Positions 19,801 through 30,147 of a stretch of 64,000 nt of DNA are shown in pieces. The first letter of the stretch is position 1. Every line of letters begins with the position of its first letter. Position numbers and translations under genes: made by a program. Source of the DNA: an uncultured cyanobacterium (GTDB lineage: Bacteria; Cyanobacteriota; Cyanobacteriia; Cyanobacteriales; Nostocaceae); assembly GCA_963740315.1 (NCBI GenBank), contig CAVUDP010000001.1, forward strand, positions 128,001 to 192,000, written 5' to 3'. Under the pieces are notes generated by a model, which was given only the letters and a program-made list of their open reading frames with translations, ran no database searches and was not told the origin of the DNA.

Positions 19801-20943
19801 TTAATCTTCGTACCAGCTAGCACGCCATGCTGCTTCGGCGGAAGCTATGGAACGTTCTCGCTGTTTCTTTTGATATTCTCTTCCCAATTTGCCTAACTGA
19901 TTCAATATATTGCGAATTTGTTTGCGTTCGGAGGAAAGTTTAAGATCGGCAAACTCTATTTCAACTAAGCGTAGGTTTAAAGCGGTAACTTGCGTCAAGC
20001 TTTCTGATTCTTCCTCGCCTTCAACTCCGACTACCAAACTTAGTAGATTAGGAGGTCCGGGCATAACATCTGTAGATGCTTCTGATGAAGCAGCAGCGGC
20101 TTCTAAAATAGATGGTGGTAATTTTTTAGGTAATATACCAGCTTTTTGTAACAAACGATTGCTATCGCGAGACAAACTTTTCAATATGTAACGAATAGCT
20201 CTTTCTAAGTTTTTTTGCCAAGCGGCTAATTCCATCGGATTGGAAGTATTAGGGTTGAACCAGTTTTTCCAATCTTTGCTGACATCTGGTTCTGTCACGA
20301 ATATGGGAGACTGACCTTTGTTGGCAGATAAAAAAGCGATTTTGGCATCTAGGGGAAGTGAACTAGAGGAAGCATTTGGAGAAAAATTATTTGGTTGTAC
20401 TTCGTCTTCCATTTCTAATTTTTCGACGATTTCTTCTAAATCTTCATCTTCGATTTCCAATTCTTGAGCTATTTCTTCTAAATCTTCATCTTCAAGTTCT
20501 AAATCTTCAAGTTCTAAATCTTCATCTTCAAGTTCTAAATCTTCATCTTCATCTTCAAGTTCTAAATCTTCTAAATCTTCTAAATCTTCGTCCTCTATTT
20601 CTTCTTCTAAATCCTCATTACTTCCTTCAATTTCTTCTTCATTTTCTTCTAAATCCTCTTCATCATCATTAATTAAAGCTTGCATATCTTGGTCGGCAGA
20701 TTTTGCTAACTTACGCATAGCCTGCTGCAATTTCTGTCGCTTACTTAAAGACAATCTGAGAAAATTTTCTGGGTATCCTTGGGTACACAGATGATAACTT
20801 GCTAAAATTAATTGCTGACCTACTGCTTGTCCCAAAACTGACAAATAACTGCCATAAGCGGTTTGAAGTTGTTGCGCGATCGCTCCTATAGCTTTTTCTA
20901 GCTCGACAATATCTTTTTCTATTCGCTCGATTGGTCTTGCCAT
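19801..20943 (-). CDS. conserved hypothetical protein with acidic tandem-repeat linker
   Basis: 380 aa ORF; LILASYHLCTQGYPE N-terminal motif, AEAAWRASW C-terminal motif, central EDEDLELED repeats. Confidence 0.75.
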   Translation of the reverse strand: MARPIERIEKDIVELEKAIGAIAQQLQTAYGSYLSVLGQAVGQQLILASYHLCTQGYPENFLRLSLSKRQKLQQAMRKLAKSADQDMQALINDDEEDLEENEEEIEGSNEDLEEEIEDEDLEDLEDLELEDEDEDLELEDEDLELEDLELEDEDLEEIAQELEIEDEDLEEIVEKLEMEDEVQPNNFSPNASSSSLPLDAKIAFLSANKGQSPIFVTEPDVSKDWKNWFNPNTSNPMELAAWQKNLERAIRYILKSLSRDSNRLLQKAGILPKKLPPSILEAAAASSEASTDVMPGPPNLLSLVVGVEGEEESESLTQVTALNLRLVEIEFADLKLSSERKQIRNILNQLGKLGREYQKKQRERSIASAEAAWRASWYED

Positions 20944-21250
20944 ATCTGATTATGTTCCATTTTTCTTAGTTATGGTACGTGGATTACCCAATTATTTCCA
21001 TGTAATCGTGTCTTTAATTTGAAGTTATCCGATACAATAAAAACGAAATTTAATTTAATGTTCAGTTAATTTAATAGAAAATTTTTATTAATTTCCACTC
21101 GGAGACTGCGGACGTATATTAATTATCCAAGCCTTGAGAAACACGGTTTATTCTAGTTATTTATAACTTCGTTGTAAAACGAAAAACAAACCAGCAACAG
21201 AAATAGCGGACGTATATTAATTATCAATTATCTATTTAATAGAAGAAAAA

Positions 21251-21277
21251 CAGGTCAATCTTCAAAAGTTTGACCTG
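21251..21277 (-). terminator. putative intrinsic terminator downstream of tsf
   Basis: caggtcaa / ttgacctg inverted repeat followed on the minus strand by TTTTT. Confidence 0.6.
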
Positions 21278-21305
21278 TATAAGAACAACAGAATACTAAA
21301 CTGAA

Positions 21306-22249
21306 TTATTTGTTACCCATTTGTGCGGCAACTTCATCAGCAAAGTTTTCTTCTTTTTTGTCAATACCTTCGCCAAGAATATAGCGAGTAAAGCGACTAA
21401 TAGAAATTTCTTCGCCGAGTTTAGAACCCGTTTGTTTGATCAATTCTTCAATTGAAGTGCTTTGATCTCGAATGTAAGGCTGATCCAACAAAGTCATTTC
21501 TTTGAGACGCTTATCGATTCTTCCTTGAACAATTTTTTCTTTGATATTGTCAGGCTTGTTCGCTAAGTCATCCCGCCCCATTTCGATTTCTTTTTCTTTT
21601 TCGGCGATTTCAGTAGGAATTTCGTCTACAGTTACATACTCAACGTTTGGACAAGCAGCAACCTGCATGGCAACGTTTCGCGCTAATGTTTTAAATTCTT
21701 CCTTACCCGCAGCAGCTTGGGAACTGCATTTGAGTTCAACTAACACCCCGACTCTACCGCCAGTATGGATGTAGCTGTCTACTGCTCCTTGCGTACCTTC
21801 AGGTAAGGAATAATTCTCAAAGCGACGTACTTTGATATTTTCACCCAACTGAGCGATTGTTTCAGCTATAGATTGTTCAACCGTTTTATCTTTATTTTCT
21901 GAATAAGGTTGAGCTAACAAAGACTCAACACTGTCAACAGTCGTTGCTTGTTTAGCCAAATTTTGAGCCAAAGCCTTAAAAGCTTCGTTACGAGCAACAA
22001 AGTCAGTTTGGCTGTTGACTTCAATTAATACGCCGACTTTACCATTCGGTTCGATGTAGGTTTCAACTGAACCTTCAGCAGCAATGCGATCGCTTTTTTA
22101 GTCGCACCGGCAATGCCTTTTTGGCGTAACCATTCGATACCTTTCTCAATGTCGCCTTCGGTTTCTTTTAGCGCTTTTTTGCAGTCCATCATACCAGCGC
22201 CAGTTTTTTGCCGTAACTGTTGGACTAATTTTGCAGATATTTCCGCCAT
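21306..22249 (-). CDS. tsf: translation elongation factor Ts (long form), split by a one-base frameshift near 22094-22099
   Basis: N-part [16 protein letters not shown]; one extra A gives [10 protein letters not shown]...[15 protein letters not shown] in frame with the 21306-21971 ORF; downstream of rpsB. Confidence 0.93.
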
Positions 22250-22540
22250 GTTGCCTCAATTTCTACTTAACTGACAGTTTTAATCGAAGATGAAATATTG
22301 AGTATTTCTATATTACTCGTGCCGTGGCATACTCAGATATATTTTTATCATCAGCTTAAAGTATAAAAAGGCAAGAGGCAGTTAAGGGCAGTAATAGTTA
22401 TAAAATTTAGTTATTATTTGAAAACTAAAATATCTAGCCCTTAACGCGGTAACGGTTCTGGCTAAATCCCCAAAACCTTGATACTTATATTGTGCCTCCT
22501 GCTTTTTCGCTTATTCCTGAATCAATAAAATTGTTACACT

Positions 22541-23347
22541 TTATTCTTCAGTGGATTCTTCCTCGTCTCCACTATCATTGGAATCTTCGCTGAATTCGCC
22601 GCTATCTTCGTAATCGTAATCGTCTTCACTACCTTCGTAATCATACTCTTCATCACTTTCCAATTGACCGTGATGACCTTCGTAGATAGCGTCTGCTAAT
22701 TTGCCTACGATCAGTTTAATAGAACGGATAGCGTCATCGTTCGCTGGAATGGGAACATCTACCACATCCGGGTCACAATTTGTATCTAACATCGATACAA
22801 TAGGCAATCCTAGCTTTTCACATTCTTGAACCGCGTTGTACTCCCGGCGTTGGTCTACGATTATGACTATATCGGGGATTTTCCGCATAGTTTTAATCCC
22901 ACCAAGGTACTTTTGCAGCTTGGATAGCTCCCGACGCAGCATTGAAGCTTCTTTCTTCGGCAGTAAATCTAGGGCACCGCTTTCTTCGCGACGCTCCAAA
23001 TCTTTTAAGCGATCTACCCGCGTCTTAATAGTCGTCCAGTTGGTGAGCATTCCACCCAACCAGCGCTGATTAATGTAGTGGGCACCGCAGCGGCTTGATT
23101 CTTGAGCAATAATTCCCGCAGCTTGTCGCTTAGTACCTACAAACAGAAACTTTTTACCTTGTTCTGCTTGAGTTCGCATATAAGCATAGGCATCTTCCAT
23201 CAACTGGGCGGTTTGCACCAAGTCAATGATATGTACTCCATTACGAGAAGTGTAAATGTAAGGAGACATTTTGGGGTTCCATCTTCGGGTTTGATGTCCG
23301 AAGTGAACTCCTGACTCCATCATTTGAGCCAATGAAACAACAGGCAT
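22541..23347 (-). CDS. rpsB: 30S ribosomal protein S2
   Basis: [40 protein letters not shown]. Confidence 0.98.
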   Translation of the reverse strand: MPVVSLAQMMESGVHFGHQTRRWNPKMSPYIYTSRNGVHIIDLVQTAQLMEDAYAYMRTQAEQGKKFLFVGTKRQAAGIIAQESSRCGAHYINQRWLGGMLTNWTTIKTRVDRLKDLERREESGALDLLPKKEASMLRRELSKLQKYLGGIKTMRKIPDIVIIVDQRREYNAVQECEKLGLPIVSMLDTNCDPDVVDVPIPANDDAIRSIKLIVGKLADAIYEGHHGQLESDEEYDYEGSEDDYDYEDSGEFSEDSNDSGDEEESTEE

Positions 23348-23357
23348 ATTTTTTCTC

Positions 23358-23432
23358 CTATTCGGGTTAAACCTCCATCTAGTCGCATTTCCGAATATAC
23401 GGAAACACCCGAATTCCTAGATGTGCGAGATT
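23358..23432 (-). promoter_or_regulatory. rpsB leader (t44-like S2 autoregulatory structure)
   Basis: minus strand CGCACATCTAG...GGGTG...CTAGATGGAGGTTTAACCC just upstream of the rpsB RBS; catctag/ctagatg stem. Confidence 0.6.
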
Positions 23433-23584
23433 AGAAAACTTTTCTAATTTACCACATAAAAATGCTGTATTTTGGGGGGAAAACCGAATTTCGGTGTTTG
23501 TGCTGTTTTTGATTAACAGTAACAAAACTAAGTTTAAATTTTATATTGTTACTTAATTTATTAATTTATATAAATCGGGAATAG

Positions 23585-24994
23585 ATGAATCTACCACCAT
23601 TACCAGCCAATGAAGACGATAGACTCCGGGCACTTCTACGTTACAAAGTTTTAGATTCTCAAGTAGAACAAGCATTTGATGATTTAACCGCAATAGCGGC
23701 ACACATTTGCGATACTCCGATTTCTTTAATTAGTTTGATAGATGAAAATCGGCAGTGGTTTAAATCAAAAGTTGGTTTAGAAGCCACAGAAACACCTAGA
23801 GAATTAGCTTTTTGCGCTTATACTATACTCCAGCCAGAAAGAGTACTAATCGTACCTAATGCGGAAGAAGATGAGCGATTTGCCGATAACCCGTTGGTAA
23901 CATCCGATCCTAACATTAGATTTTACGCTGGCGCACCTTTAGTAACACCTGATGGATTAGCGATCGGTACATTATGTGCTATCGATAATAAACCGCGAAA
24001 TCTTAGCCCCGAACAAATACAGGCTTTACAGGCTTTAAGTCGTCAAGTAATTGGTCAATTAGAGCTAAGAATTAACTTAATTAAATTAAAGCAAAATATC
24101 ACTAATCGCGAGCAAGTAGAGCAAGATTTACGCGATACGAATAAGCAGTTGAATCACACTTTAGGTAAGTTAAAACAAACTCAAGTGCAACTTATTCAAA
24201 GTGAAAAAATGTCGAGTTTGGGTGAGATGGTTGCTGGGATTGCCCATGAAATAAATAATCCAGTTAACTTTATTTATGCAAATCTCAACTACGTTAACAC
24301 TTATGTTAGTGACTTACTTGATTTGCTATCTCTTTACCAACAGCATTATCCCAATCCACATTGCGAAATAAAAGATAAAGAAACAGCAATAGAGGTTAAT
24401 TTTTTAGCTGAAGATTTGCCTAATATATTATCTTCAATGAACTCAGGAGCCGAGCGGATTCAAAATATCGTTTTATCTTTACGTAATTTTTCACGATTGG
24501 ATGAAGCTCAAAAAAAATCTGTTGATATTCATCAAGGTATAGATAGTACGTTATTGATTTTGCAACATCGATTCAATGCAACATTAAAACGCCCTGCGAT
24601 CGAAATTATAAAAGAATATGGCAAACTACCAAAAGTAGAATGCTATGCAGCGCAATTAAACCAAGTTTTTCTAAATATATTATCGAATGCAATTGATGCC
24701 ATAGAAGAAAGAAATATTGCTCAGTCACCGACAATTCGTATTCGTACTGATATCTCCCCCGAAAATCATCTTTTAATTATGATTGCTGATAATGGGATGG
24801 GAATTCCAGAAGAAATTCAACCAAGAATATTTGACCCTTTCTTTACAAGTAAACCAGTAGGTAAAGGTAAAGGTTTGGGACTCTCGATCGCCTATCAAGT
24901 TGTAGTTAAAAAGCACAACGGTCATCTGAAATATAGAACTAAAGTTGGGAAAGGTACCGAATTTTTGATTGAAATTCCGATTAAGTCTAATTAG
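23585..24994 (+). CDS. GAF-domain sensor histidine kinase
   Basis: GAF (RQWFKS, FCAYTI, IRFYAGAPL), AGIAHEINNP H-box, NILSNAIDA, DNGMGI, GKGLGL. Confidence 0.93.
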   Translation: MNLPPLPANEDDRLRALLRYKVLDSQVEQAFDDLTAIAAHICDTPISLISLIDENRQWFKSKVGLEATETPRELAFCAYTILQPERVLIVPNAEEDERFADNPLVTSDPNIRFYAGAPLVTPDGLAIGTLCAIDNKPRNLSPEQIQALQALSRQVIGQLELRINLIKLKQNITNREQVEQDLRDTNKQLNHTLGKLKQTQVQLIQSEKMSSLGEMVAGIAHEINNPVNFIYANLNYVNTYVSDLLDLLSLYQQHYPNPHCEIKDKETAIEVNFLAEDLPNILSSMNSGAERIQNIVLSLRNFSRLDEAQKKSVDIHQGIDSTLLILQHRFNATLKRPAIEIIKEYGKLPKVECYAAQLNQVFLNILSNAIDAIEERNIAQSPTIRIRTDISPENHLLIMIADNGMGIPEEIQPRIFDPFFTSKPVGKGKGLGLSIAYQVVVKKHNGHLKYRTKVGKGTEFLIEIPIKSN

Positions 24995-25000
24995 TACAAA

Positions 25001-25055
25001 GTTCGTAGTAAGGACTTTAGTCCTTCTATCGAGGGCTAAAGCCCTTACTACAAAC
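25001..25055. repeat. palindromic REP/MITE-core repeat
   Basis: gttcgtagtaaggactttagtcc...gggctaaagcccttactacaaac; contains the stop codon of the convergent GT2 gene. Confidence 0.85.
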
Positions 25056-26004
25056 CGGCGCTCAACTTCTGTTCTGTTTTCGCTTCAACGTAAGCCGCGT
25101 AAACACCTTGAACGTTATACCAATTCAAGAATATTCGAGCTACTTCTAAAGCTAATTGCGGTTTACCCGATTTAATCAAATATCGCAAGAATGGAGCCAT
25201 TGTCCGCTCGTTTAAAGTCCCATTCAAGGAAAGAACACCCCAAAGTAAGCGGTGCAGCCAAGTCATTTGAATCATCATTCGCACATTCCAAGTAGGATGC
25301 TTTTGATAAAACAAAACTCCCATACGCCCGCGTTGAATTTCTTTATCAATTAAATTAGGAATTTGGTCTAAATCAAATGCAGGATGCCAATGATAACCCA
25401 CTGCTTCAGGACATTTAATTAACTGTAAACCCAAATTTTTGAGTCTTACACCTAACTCTAAATCTTCCCAACCATAAAGTTGAAAACCAGTATCGAAAAG
25501 TCCAGCTTTCTCCAACCAATGTTTGGGAATCGCAACGTTTCCCGTAGCAAAAAAAGCGGCGGAATAATCGGTTAATTTATACGGTTCGGAAGTAGGATTT
25601 TCAAAATTTGCGGTGTTAATTACCGCACCATAAGTAAAAAACCTGTCATTCCCTAACTTTTTCTCTCCCTGTGTCAGCGCATCTGCATGAGCTTGGAGAA
25701 AAACTTCTGTAACTACTAAATCGCTATCAATAAAAATAATTGTATCGCCTTTCGCTTTTTCTACCCCCAAATTCCGCGCCGCAGCAGGTCCCATATGTTC
25801 TTGCTCGAAGGTTCGCACGTGGGGAAAATTATCTTTGTGTGTTGACAACCACTCCAAAGTTCCATCGGTAGAACCATCATCAACTAAAATAATTTCGTAA
25901 TCTGTCACCGCATTCTGACTTAAAACTTGTACCTCCAAAGCTTTGAGGCACTTCTCTAAAATCGGCTTGCGATTGTAAGTCGGAATCACAACACTAAAAA
26001 ACAC
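25048..26004 (-). CDS. glycosyltransferase family 2
   Basis: SVVIPTYNR, VDDGSTD, GPAAARNLG, FIDSD, GWEDLELG. Confidence 0.92.
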   Translation of the reverse strand: MFFSVVIPTYNRKPILEKCLKALEVQVLSQNAVTDYEIILVDDGSTDGTLEWLSTHKDNFPHVRTFEQEHMGPAAARNLGVEKAKGDTIIFIDSDLVVTEVFLQAHADALTQGEKKLGNDRFFTYGAVINTANFENPTSEPYKLTDYSAAFFATGNVAIPKHWLEKAGLFDTGFQLYGWEDLELGVRLKNLGLQLIKCPEAVGYHWHPAFDLDQIPNLIDKEIQRGRMGVLFYQKHPTWNVRMMIQMTWLHRLLWGVLSLNGTLNERTMAPFLRYLIKSGKPQLALEVARIFLNWYNVQGVYAAYVEAKTEQKLSAGL

Positions 26005-26099
26005 AGTTTCACCCCCAACACTATTCCCTTAAAATAGGACAGCTACAACTATACTGCTGTTCCTAATCAAAAGTGCTTTAGTGACAAAGAGCGCAAAAG

Positions 26100-26158
26100 G
26101 TTCGTAGTAAGAACTTTAGTTCACTCTTCGCACGAGAACTAAAGTTCTTACTACAAAC
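26100..26158. repeat. palindromic REP/MITE-core repeat
   Basis: gttcgtagtaagaactttagttc...gaactaaagttcttactacaaac. Confidence 0.85.
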
Positions 26159-26174
26159 GCCTTTAAAAAAGATA

Positions 26175-26948
26175 TTAACGCTTCAAACCAACTTTACGAC
26201 GATTTCGACGCACCATTAAACCAGCCCCAACTACTCCCGCAGCTAAGCCAAAAGTGCTGGTTGATTCTGGAACTTGTTTTGGTGTTTGTATACTAAATTT
26301 CAATGTTGCTACACCTGGTGCGGGAGCATTTTGATCTTCGGGAAGTCTATCGCTCTGCTCGAAAGTTATTTCACCGCTAGCGTTTTCAAATACACCCGTT
26401 CCTCCGGTAATGGTTATAATACCTCCGCCGCTTACCGTGCCTGGAAAGTTGGGGGTACCTGGAGGAAAGAAATTAATTTCAGCGCGATCGGCAGCTTGTC
26501 CAAATAACTTATTAGCGCTGTCACCAAAATATATATCGGAATTTACTTCTGGGTTCACTACTCCTAGTTCAGTACGCCGATCTATAACCGATTGCGGTGG
26601 ATTTTCTAAACCTATAACATCGGGATTCGCATTGAATTGAAATTTTTGATTTACTGGTACTATATTTCCGTTCTCGTCGGTAATATTTTCTTGGGATACC
26701 AATTTTCCGAAAGCATTACTTTCAAAATTAGTTAATCCGAAAGCAGTATTACTATCTTGAGAAATACCTGAAATCTGAGCTGTAAAAAATCCCGATTCTG
26801 ATTCGATTGGCATCAATGTAAATAGCGTATCGTATGTAATCTCAAATTCTTTATTTACGCTAGTTTGTGCTTTAACACTTTGTATATTCGACCCAAAAGC
26901 AGCACAGGTCAAAGCTACGGGAATCAGCCATTTAATTTGCAATTTCAT
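26175..26948 (-). CDS. PEP-CTERM sorting-domain exported protein
   Basis: signal peptide, ITITGGTGVFENASG, C-terminal VPES plus hydrophobic helix plus RRNRRK. Confidence 0.85.
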   Translation of the reverse strand: MKLQIKWLIPVALTCAAFGSNIQSVKAQTSVNKEFEITYDTLFTLMPIESESGFFTAQISGISQDSNTAFGLTNFESNAFGKLVSQENITDENGNIVPVNQKFQFNANPDVIGLENPPQSVIDRRTELGVVNPEVNSDIYFGDSANKLFGQAADRAEINFFPPGTPNFPGTVSGGGIITITGGTGVFENASGEITFEQSDRLPEDQNAPAPGVATLKFSIQTPKQVPESTSTFGLAAGVVGAGLMVRRNRRKVGLKR

Positions 26949-27425
26949 AATAATAAATACCTAGATTAAGAACATAACGAATTTTGCTTATCTATAATTT
27001 TCAGAAAAATACCCTTTGATACATAAATTCATAATAGATTTATTTTGAATCAAGAGCATAAAATTCCTAAACTTTGATAAAACTTAGCTAAAAATACTTC
27101 AATTAAGCATTAAAAAATTACTAATTTGAGTTATCGATTTACAAACAAATTGCTTGCAAAAAATGTTTTAAATTCGTTTTTTTTACCTTTTCTACTTCTA
27201 CGTTAGTCGCTCGATAGCTGCGTTTTTTCGGAATATTTTACTTAAAAGCAGATTAAAATCGCTTTTGCCTTGCATCGAACGGTATTAATAACCACAATAC
27301 AAAAACTAACAGTTAGGAAGTTAGATTATATTGACTTGTTCTTTTAGCTAAAGAAAATTGGTTTAATACGGATTGATGAAATTACATCAACTGCGATCGG
27401 TGCAAGCTTTAATAAAGTTTAATTA

Positions 27426-28082
27426 TTATCGCTTCAAAGTTGTTTTACTTTTCTTCCGACGTAGAAACAAACCAGCCCCTACTACTCCCGCAGCAAGCCC
27501 AATAGTATCTGTTGGTTCTGGAATTTGATGGGGAACTTGGAAAGAACCGCTAATAACAGCTTCACCTAAAATAGGAGCAGTTGGATTTGGATCGAAATCG
27601 CCATTTTCTGTAAAATTTAACGTGCCATTAGCACCAGTAAATCTACCAGCGCCACCCGTGATATTTATAGAACCTTCACCCGATACCGTAAAGGTTTCAA
27701 AATCAAAAAAAGCTGTAAGTTGACTAAATCCAAACAGCTTATCATCGCCGCTACCAGAGTATTCTTCTGTAAGGAAAGGAAAAACCTCTGGATCTAAACC
27801 TAAATCTGTTGGATCTGCACTAAACGTACCTACACCAGTCTCAGGGTTTATACGACTATAGTTTTCGCTAATAAAATTAGTTAAACCGTAAGGAGCATTA
27901 CTGTTTGTACCCCTAACAGAAGCTTTTACAACATCTGAATTATCAATAGGTGTAACAGTTACTTCTGTGTCATAAACAACGTTAAACGGAAATATAGTAT
28001 TTGCAGCAGCTTTTTGTATATTCGAGCCGATGCTCAAGCAAGTTAAAGCTACTGGAATCAACCACTTAATTTGCATACCCAT
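27426..28082 (-). CDS. PEP-CTERM sorting-domain exported protein (paralogue of the previous gene)
   Basis: same QIKWLIPVALTC signal peptide, INITGGAGRFTGANG, C-terminal IPEP plus GLAAGVVGAGL plus RRKKSK. Confidence 0.88.
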   Translation of the reverse strand: MGMQIKWLIPVALTCLSIGSNIQKAAANTIFPFNVVYDTEVTVTPIDNSDVVKASVRGTNSNAPYGLTNFISENYSRINPETGVGTFSADPTDLGLDPEVFPFLTEEYSGSGDDKLFGFSQLTAFFDFETFTVSGEGSINITGGAGRFTGANGTLNFTENGDFDPNPTAPILGEAVISGSFQVPHQIPEPTDTIGLAAGVVGAGLFLRRKKSKTTLKR

Positions 28083-28464
28083 AATTAAATCAGCCTTCTT
28101 TACGTTGACGAAAAATATTAGATTAAGAAAACAGCAAGTTTCGCTTATTTATCATTATTAATGAAAATACTGAAAATAATATAAATTCTATGTATGTTTT
28201 TAATACTTATACGCCGATAAAATTACTTAATTTTCATGATAAGTAAGTTAAAATGCTTATGTTTTATTCGATCGTTACTCCGCCATATAAGTTATGGAAG
28301 GGGTTGGAGTAGTGCGTTAAGGAACACACTCGGTTAACGCACTACCCAAGCCTGTCAAAACTTTTGAAAAAGACCACTAATAGTCTGTCTCATTAATCCC
28401 GACGGGTTGTAGTCTCCCGGCATTTACGAAAAAACGAACCAGCCAAAACTTTTGAAAAGGAGTA

Positions 28465-28586
28465 CTAATAGTGCGTTTCATTAATTCTGATAGGTTTGTA
28501 GTAAGGGCTTCAGCCCTAAACCCGGAGAGTTAAAACTCTTACTACGAACCTTTTTACCCATCAAAATTAATGTGGCGGAGTACTAG
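28465..28586. mobile_element. MITE-like element with palindromic core
   Basis: imperfect terminal inverted repeats ctaatagtgcgtttcattaattctga / tcaaaattaatgtggcggagtactag around the gtagtaag...cttactac core. Confidence 0.7.
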
Positions 28587-28829
28587 CTTCTTCAAAGTCA
28601 ACAACAAAATTTCTCGCTCAAATTCAAAAAGTCCTTGATTTTACCTTTTATACTTCCATATCAAATCATCAACCCTGCATTTATGCTGAATGTTTTAGTT
28701 ACACTATTACTTACACAGGTGTCTATACAGTCTGGAGAAAATACTTAAGTAGTATAAATACTGAGGAGAATATACCTAAATTAATTAGATAATAAACAAT
28801 CGTCGTTTTGCAGCATCGAGAAATAATCA

Positions 28830-30026
28830 ATGGGTCGCGCCAAAAAAGTTGTCTTAGCATATTCCGGTGGAGTAGATACATCAGTTTGTATCCCCTACCT
28901 CAAACAAGAGTGGGGAGTAGAAGAAGTAATTACCCTCGCAGCAGATTTAGGTCAAGGTGAAGAATTAGAACCAGTCCGCGAAAAAGCTCTCAAGTCTGGT
29001 GCAAGTGAATCGCTGGTGGTGAATGTCCAAGAAAGCTTTATTAAAGATTATGCATTCCTCGCCATTCAAGCAAACGCTATCTATGAAAATCGTTATCCTC
29101 TGGCAACAGCCCTCGCACGTCCGTTAATTGCCAAGGCATTAGTCGAAACTGCCCAAAAATACGAAGCCGATGCGATCGCACATGGTTGTACTGGTAAAGG
29201 TAACGACCAAGTTCGTTTCGATGTGGCTGTTACGGCTATGAATCCCAATCTTAAAATCCTCGCACCAGCAAGGGAATGGGGCATGAGTCGGGAAGAAACT
29301 ATTGCTTATGGAGAACGTTTTGGTATTCCCTCACCAGTAAAAAAATCTTCCCCTTACAGTATTGACAAAAACCTGCTCGGTCGGAGTATTGAAGCTGGCG
29401 CTTTAGAAGATCCGTCATACGAACCGCCAGAAGAAATCTACGAGATGACAAAGGCGATCGCTAACACTCCCGACGAACCAGAATACATCGAAATCGGTTT
29501 TGTTAAAGGTATGCCCGCGACTCTCAACGGTGAATCTAAAAACCCAGTTGAATTGATTGCACAACTAAACCAATTGGTAGGAAATCACGGTGTAGGACGC
29601 ATCGACATGATCGAAAACCGTTTGGTGGGTATTAAATCGCGGGAAATTTACGAGTCACCAGCAATGGTGGCATTAATTCAAGCACATCGCGATTTAGAAA
29701 GTTTGACTTTGACAGCGGATGTCAGCCACTACAAACGAGGTATTGAGGAAACTTACAGTCAATTAATTTACAATGGCTTGTGGTTTAGTCCGCTCAAAGC
29801 TGCTCTTGATGCCTTTATTCAAAAGACACAAGAACGAGTTTCGGGAACCGTGCGAATGAAACTTTTCAAAGGTAACGCTACCATTGTTGGTCGTCGCTCC
29901 GATAATTCACTTTACAATCCTGAGTTAGCAACCTACGGCGCTGATGACCAATTTGACCACAAAGCTGCTGAAGGCTTTATTTACATTTGGGGATTACCTA
30001 CTCGGATTTGGTCCCAGCAGAAATAA
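28830..30026 (+). CDS. argG: argininosuccinate synthase
   Basis: [37 protein letters not shown]. Confidence 0.98.
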   Translation: MGRAKKVVLAYSGGVDTSVCIPYLKQEWGVEEVITLAADLGQGEELEPVREKALKSGASESLVVNVQESFIKDYAFLAIQANAIYENRYPLATALARPLIAKALVETAQKYEADAIAHGCTGKGNDQVRFDVAVTAMNPNLKILAPAREWGMSREETIAYGERFGIPSPVKKSSPYSIDKNLLGRSIEAGALEDPSYEPPEEIYEMTKAIANTPDEPEYIEIGFVKGMPATLNGESKNPVELIAQLNQLVGNHGVGRIDMIENRLVGIKSREIYESPAMVALIQAHRDLESLTLTADVSHYKRGIEETYSQLIYNGLWFSPLKAALDAFIQKTQERVSGTVRMKLFKGNATIVGRRSDNSLYNPELATYGADDQFDHKAAEGFIYIWGLPTRIWSQQK

Positions 30027-30086
30027 TTCGTCTCGGAGCCGCACCCCTACGGATGAACGTAATTAGTTTTTATTAATTACAAAAAT

Positions 30087-30119
30087 AAAAGCCTCTCTTC
30101 TTTAAAGGAGAGAGGTTTT
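30087..30119. terminator. bidirectional intrinsic terminator between argG and the DedA gene
   Basis: aaaagcctctct / agagaggtttt stem with A- and T-tracts on either side. Confidence 0.75.
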
Positions 30120-30147
30120 ATACTTCAATTATTAATTATCTTATTCT

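Noticed and set aside
20376..20672. Leu/His-rich 98-aa ORF
   Set aside because: Antisense shadow of the acidic minisatellite
22025..22249. Separate 74-aa gene
   Set aside because: It is the 5' part of frameshifted tsf; the tail after KK is out of frame
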